From positions 15,867-79,866 of the forward strand of contig DASYNX010000082.1 in assembly GCA_036008385.1 (NCBI GenBank): a DNA stretch of 64,000 nt. Direction: 5' to 3'. Under the pieces are notes generated by a model that saw only the letters and a program-made list of their open reading frames with translations, had not been told where the DNA came from and did not search any database. Below are positions 60,166 through 64,000 of the stretch, in pieces (position 1 is the first letter of the stretch; every line of letters begins with the position of its first letter). Source of the DNA: Steroidobacteraceae bacterium (GTDB taxonomy: Bacteria > Pseudomonadota > Gammaproteobacteria > Steroidobacterales > Steroidobacteraceae). The position numbers and the translations under genes were made by a program.

Positions 60166-61068
60166 TCAAGGCGCGGTTGACACCGTGCCGCCACCGAGTC
60201 GCCCGCCTGTGAACTGCCACTCGTAGGCAAAGTGCAACACGCGGTACTGGGCGGCCAGTTCCGGCGGAAAGGGGTCGAAGGGGCTCGCCAGCCTCAGCGT
60301 GGAGAGCGCCGCCTGGTCGAGCTCCGCATCGCCGCTCGAGCGGCGGATCTCCGCCACCTGGATGCGGCCGTCGGAATCGATCGCCACCGCCACGAGCGGG
60401 CTCGCCTTGGTCCCGGTGGTGCGCGCGGCGTTCGGGAAGTTGAGCGTGCCGATGCGCTCGACCTTGCGCCGCCAGGCATCGAGATAGGGAGCGAGCGCCG
60501 CGGCGCGCGTGTCGGGGGTGATCCAGAGTTCGTCGCGCTGCGGTCCGCGCAGCTCCGCCGGTCCCTGCTCGTCCTCGGGTCCCGGCGGCTCGACCGGGGT
60601 CTGATCGAGCAGCAGCGGGCGGTTGCGCTCGAGTCCGGTGCTGCCAAGTTCGGCGAGGTAGCGCACGTCCGTGTTCCAGGCAGTCGTCGTCAGCACACGC
60701 TCGTCGGGGCTTCCGGTGCGCTCGTGTTGCTCGGCGAGGGTGTCGCCGTCGGGTGTGCCGGAATGTTTCGGAGTGGGAACCGCCGAGGCACGGTTGCGCG
60801 GCGTCTTCGGGGTGCGCGTGTTGCCCGAGCCGAGCTGCGTGCGCTGGGCCAGGTAGGTCGCGGTGGGGTTGCGGTCGGCCGAGGGCAGCTCGTCGGAGAC
60901 CAGCAGCACCTCGAGCCCGGGAGCCGAGTCCTTGTTCCCTGCGGAAGCGTTGAAGGTGAGCCCGAGAATAATGAGTCCATGCAGCATCGCGGCCAGGAAC
61001 AGCATGGTCAGCAGGCGGTCCCACACCGGGGCTCTGCCCTCCCGCAGCATGAGTGCGCGCCGCGCCAT
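60166..61068 (-). CDS. TonB-family energy-transducer-like protein (same position as I recall for P. aeruginosa TonB3)
   Basis: Met at 61068, then the TM anchor VWDRLLTMLFLAAMLHGLIILGL, a Pro/Thr-rich linker and the TonB C-terminal domain (ASPLVAVAIDSDGRIQVAEIRRSSGDAELDQAALSTLRLASPFDPFP). Lies between gshB and algH. Confidence 0.8.
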   Translation of the reverse strand: MARRALMLREGRAPVWDRLLTMLFLAAMLHGLIILGLTFNASAGNKDSAPGLEVLLVSDELPSADRNPTATYLAQRTQLGSGNTRTPKTPRNRASAVPTPKHSGTPDGDTLAEQHERTGSPDERVLTTTAWNTDVRYLAELGSTGLERNRPLLLDQTPVEPPGPEDEQGPAELRGPQRDELWITPDTRAAALAPYLDAWRRKVERIGTLNFPNAARTTGTKASPLVAVAIDSDGRIQVAEIRRSSGDAELDQAALSTLRLASPFDPFPPELAAQYRVLHFAYEWQFTGGRLGGGTVSTAP

Positions 61069-61072
61069 GGGA

Positions 61073-62287
61073 TCAGCCCGCGGAGCCGGCCGAAGCAGGC
61101 GCGGCGGGTGAACCGGGTTCGGCGGTTCCCGTGGGCGCAGCCGGCGGTCCGGCCGCGGCAGGCGTGGCCGGCGTCGCCGGCGCGGCGGGAGCCGCCGGCG
61201 TGGCGGTTGCAGCAGCCGCGGCGGGTGAAGCGGGTGCGGCGGGCGCAACGGGCCCGGCGGACGCAGCAGGCGCCGTGCCTCCCGCATCGGGCGCTCGCGC
61301 TGCGCCACGTGCTTCGGCCGCGCGCGCACGGGCGGCGAGGCGCCGCTCGATGGCGCCCATCAGCAGATCCCCGATCTTCAGGCCGAACTGCTTGTCGAGC
61401 TCGCGGATTCCTGTCGGGCTGGTGACATTGATCTCGGTCACGAAGCCGCCGATCACATCGAGGCCCACGAACAGCATGCCGCGCGCGGCGAGCGTCGGCC
61501 CGATCTGACCGGCGAGCCAGCGATCGCGATCGCTGAGCGGGCGGCCGACGCCGCGGGCGCCGGCAGCGAGATTGCCGCGGTGGTCGTCGGCGGAGGGAAT
61601 GCGCGCCAGGGCGTAGGGCACCGGCTCGCCGTCGACGAGCAGCACACGCGCATCGCCCGACTCCACGATGGCCGGGATGTAACGCTGTGCGATGGCGAAG
61701 CGCGTGCCGTAGTCGGTGAGGGTCTCGAACACCACGCGCGCGTTGCGATCCTCCTTGTCCAGCACGAAGATCGAGCGTCCGCCCATGCCGTGCAGCGGCT
61801 TCACCACGATGCGGCCGTACTCGCGCAGGAAGCCGGCCATCTCCGCCATGTCGCGCGTGATCACTGTCGGGGCGCAGCACTGCGGGAACCAGGCCGTGTA
61901 CACCTTCTCGTTCATATCGCGCAGGCCCTGGGGCCGGTTGACGACCAGCACGCCGCCGGCCTCTGCACGCTCGAGGATGTACGTGGTGTAGATGTACTCG
62001 GTATCGAACGGTGGGTCCTTGCGCATCAGCAGGCAGTCGAGAGCGCGCAGGGGAGCCATTACTGCCGGACCCAGCGTGAACCAGTCGGCCGCATCGGCGC
62101 GCACGCTGAGCGCCCGCATGTAGCCGTAGGCCACGCCGTCGCGCAGCAGCAGGTCGCGCTGCTCGAGGTAGGCGAGCTCGAAGCCGCGCTCCTGTGCGGC
62201 CAGCAGCATCGCCAGCGTCGAGTCCTTGGCGTAAGTGATGGCGTCGATGGGATCCATCACCACGCCAAGCCGTTTCGGGGTGGCCAT
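61073..62287 (-). CDS. gshB: glutathione synthetase GshB, with an Ala/Pro-rich C-terminal extension
   Basis: MATPKRLGVVMDPIDAITYAKDSTLAMLLAAQERGFEL...MRKDPPFD...VVKPLHGMGGRSIF...GLDVIGGFVTEINVTSPTG. The ATP-grasp core ends near GAIERRL, and ~85 further low-complexity residues follow before the stop. Confidence 0.93.
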   Translation of the reverse strand: MATPKRLGVVMDPIDAITYAKDSTLAMLLAAQERGFELAYLEQRDLLLRDGVAYGYMRALSVRADAADWFTLGPAVMAPLRALDCLLMRKDPPFDTEYIYTTYILERAEAGGVLVVNRPQGLRDMNEKVYTAWFPQCCAPTVITRDMAEMAGFLREYGRIVVKPLHGMGGRSIFVLDKEDRNARVVFETLTDYGTRFAIAQRYIPAIVESGDARVLLVDGEPVPYALARIPSADDHRGNLAAGARGVGRPLSDRDRWLAGQIGPTLAARGMLFVGLDVIGGFVTEINVTSPTGIRELDKQFGLKIGDLLMGAIERRLAARARAAEARGAARAPDAGGTAPAASAGPVAPAAPASPAAAAATATPAAPAAPATPATPAAAGPPAAPTGTAEPGSPAAPASAGSAG

Positions 62288-62593
62288 CGGCGTGATTATG
62301 CTCGTCGGCGGCGCGAATGGGTCTGCCGCCGGCGGGGGCGCCCGGCCGCCGGCCGCGACGACCTTCGAAAAACGTGACGTGCATGGCATAGCAGGGGGTG
62401 TACCGATATGTTAAAACCGCCCTGCGCTTGCCCGCGCGCGGGGGACCCCGTGAAACTAAGTGGCTGTGTGGACAGCGCTCGCCGCCGTGAGCCTTAGTTT
62501 TCGCGCCGGTTCGTCAGTCCCGCCACGCGTGAGCGTGGCACGCGCGCCCGTGGCGTGGCCGTGCCCGGCGTTATTGAGAGGAGTTCCCTGACC

Positions 62594-62986
62594 GTGACCG
62601 GCAACAACAGCAAGCTCCAGGGCCTGAAGGTACTGGTCATCGACGACAGCAAGACCATCCGCCGCACCGCCGAGACGCTGCTGGCGAAGGAAGGCTGCGA
62701 GGTGTTCACCGCCATCGACGGCTTCGACGCGCTCGCCAAGATCGCCGACCACCAGCCCGACATCGTGTTCGTCGACATCATGATGCCGCGCCTCGACGGC
62801 TACCAGACCTGTTCGCTCATCAAACACAACAAGGTGTTTCGCTCCATCCCGGTCATCATGTTGTCGTCGAAGGATGGGCTGTTCGATCGCGCGCGCGGAC
62901 GCATCGTCGGCTCGGAACACTATCTGACCAAGCCCTTCACCAAGGACGAACTGCTCTCAGCGATCGAGACCCATATCGGGAGATGA
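62594..62986 (+). CDS. pilG: twitching-motility response regulator PilG (CheY-like)
   Basis: LKVLVIDDSKTIRRTAETLLAKEGCEVFTAIDGFDALAKIADHQPDIVFVDIMMPRLDGYQTC...YLTKPF is nearly collinear with P. aeruginosa PilG as I recall it. Start set at the GTG at 62594, 10 nt after GAGAGGAG (the ORF begins at 62555). Confidence 0.92.
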   Translation: MTGNNSKLQGLKVLVIDDSKTIRRTAETLLAKEGCEVFTAIDGFDALAKIADHQPDIVFVDIMMPRLDGYQTCSLIKHNKVFRSIPVIMLSSKDGLFDRARGRIVGSEHYLTKPFTKDELLSAIETHIGR

Positions 62987-63357
62987 TGGTCATGGCGCTG
63001 ATCCTGATCGTTGACGACTCACCGACCGAGCTACACGTAATGCAGAAGGCGCTCGAGAGGCACGGCTTCCGCACCGCGGCGGCCGCCGACGGCGCCGAGG
63101 GCGTGCGCCTGGCGCGCGAGATGAATCCCGACCTGATCTTCATGGACATCGTCATGCCCGGGATGAACGGTTATCAGGCAACGCGGGCGCTGGCGAACGA
63201 TCCGCGCACGCGCTCCATTCCGATCGTCATGGTGACTTCCAAGGGCCAGGAGACCGACCGCATCTGGGGCCTGCGCCAGGGTGCGGTCGACTACATGGTG
63301 AAACCCGTGTCCCCCGATCAACTGGTCGCCAAAGCGCAGGCGACCCTGTCCCCCTGA
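62983..63357 (+). CDS. pilH: twitching-motility response regulator PilH (CheY-like)
   Basis: 124 aa. ILIVDDSPTE...DLIFMDIVMPGMNGYQATRAL...VMVTSKGQETDRIWGLRQGAVDYMVKP. ATGA overlap with pilG. Confidence 0.92.
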   Translation: MMVMALILIVDDSPTELHVMQKALERHGFRTAAAADGAEGVRLAREMNPDLIFMDIVMPGMNGYQATRALANDPRTRSIPIVMVTSKGQETDRIWGLRQGAVDYMVKPVSPDQLVAKAQATLSP

Positions 63358-63359
63358 GC

Positions 63360-63971
63360 GTGGCCGCTCGCGCGGCTATGCGCCCCGAAAACATGACCGA
63401 GCCGACCGCCCCAGCCGAGATTGACCTCAAGTCGCTCCGCGACCGGCCGTTCGAGCTGCTGGCGGAACTCGAGCGGCGTGGTCGCGCGGTCTCCGCGCAG
63501 CTCAATGAGGAAGCCACCGGCGGGCGCGAATGGGTCGGCGTCGCGCTGCGCATGGCCGGGGACCTGTACCTGGTGGCGCGCGAGGAGACCCGCGAGGTGC
63601 TCGGGGTCCCGACCAGCCCGACCCGCGTACCGGGTGCCAAGCCCTGGATCAAGGGTCTCGCCAACGTGCGCGGCCAGCTGCTGCCCGTCATCGACCTGCG
63701 GCAGTTCCTCGGCAGCGGTGTCACGCCCGTCACGCGCAACACCCGCGTCGTGGTGGTGAATCACCGCGAGATCCCCGCCGGGCTCCTGGTCGATGAAGTG
63801 CTGGGCTTCCGGCGCTTCGCCGAAGGGGAATTCTCCGGCGAGGCCCCGCCCACGGTGGCGCGCTGCGAGCGCTATCTCGCGGGCGCATTCCGCCGCGCCC
63901 ACGAGCAGTGGCCGGTCTTGAGCCTGCGCGCCATCCTCGAGAGTCCGGCGTTCGCGGAGGCGGCGGCATGA
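63360..63971 (+). CDS. pilI: CheW-like coupling protein PilI
   Basis: 203 aa. CheW domain is VPGAKPWIKGLANVRGQLLPVIDLRQFLG...VVVNHREIPAGLLVDEVLG. Start at the GTG at 63360 or the ATG at 63378. Confidence 0.88.
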   Translation: MAARAAMRPENMTEPTAPAEIDLKSLRDRPFELLAELERRGRAVSAQLNEEATGGREWVGVALRMAGDLYLVAREETREVLGVPTSPTRVPGAKPWIKGLANVRGQLLPVIDLRQFLGSGVTPVTRNTRVVVVNHREIPAGLLVDEVLGFRRFAEGEFSGEAPPTVARCERYLAGAFRRAHEQWPVLSLRAILESPAFAEAAA

Positions 63972-64000
63972 GCGCCGGCGACGGCACGCCCCGGGGGCTC
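63968..64000 (+). CDS. pilJ: start of the PilJ-type methyl-accepting chemotaxis protein (partial, runs off the window)
   Basis: The ATG at 63968 overlaps the pilI stop (ATGA). Only 11 codons are visible (MSAGDGTPRGL), so the identity rests on pilGHIJ synteny alone. Confidence 0.5.
   Translation, partial: MSAGDGTPRGL

Noticed and set aside
61069-61329. An upstream extension of the tonB-like ORF (Arg/Pro-rich, MRARPKHVAQRERP...RPPGPLRPPHPLHPP...) as a real N-terminal proline-rich domain.
   Set aside because: TonB proteins have a short N-terminus, then the TM anchor, then the Pro-rich spacer. Here the anchor follows directly after the Met at 61068. The upstream segment is the out-of-frame image of the gshB tail.

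Overview
This is a GC-rich, densely coding bacterial chromosomal segment with about 70 protein genes and one RNA gene, almost all core or housekeeping. From left to right it carries: a MocR-type regulator (partial), ygiQ, an nfeD/SPFH pair, DUF423, an M13 peptidase, hrpB, a beta-carbonic anhydrase, DoxX, an ECF sigma/anti-sigma pair, a CocE/NonD hydrolase, several small lipoproteins, an intron-containing tRNA and gstA. Next come the rpsU-yqeY-dnaG-rpoD operon (divergent from tsaD), folB-folK, a pteridine reductase, uppP, cca, a DegQ-like protease, hsp20 and a split class II ribonucleotide reductase (nrdJa/nrdJb). These are followed by mltD, an L,D-transpeptidase, ppnN, an orphan ParA-like ATPase, htpG, HU, yggT-proC-yggS and pilT-pilU plus a third PilU-like ATPase. 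The window ends with the gshB-tonB-algH-ruvX-pyrB-(pyrK-like) operon and pilG-pilH-pilI-pilJ (partial). As far as I recall it, the order yggT...pilT/U...pyrB...gshB/pilGHIJ parallels the Pseudomonas aeruginosa PA0392-PA0411 neighbourhood, so I infer a high-GC gammaproteobacterium. The most unusual element is a tRNA-Ile(CAU) gene interrupted in its anticodon loop by a 243-nt, ORF-less group I intron that resembles the Azoarcus tRNA-Ile intron. Secondary points of interest: an orphan intrinsic terminator and candidate sRNA in a 550-nt noncoding gap upstream of mltD; an AT-rich control region with a perfect NrdR-box palindrome upstream of nrdJab; three tandem PilT-family ATPases; a PyrK-like flavoprotein translationally coupled to pyrB; a Cys-rich mini-lipoprotein between rpsU and tsaD; low-complexity extensions on GshB and RpoD; and an orphan ParA-like ATPase. 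I found no CRISPR array, IS or transposon, prophage, toxin-antitoxin or defence-island signature, and no convincing novel multi-gene system. Many long ORFs in the supplied track are antisense shadow ORFs typical of GC-rich DNA and were not called.
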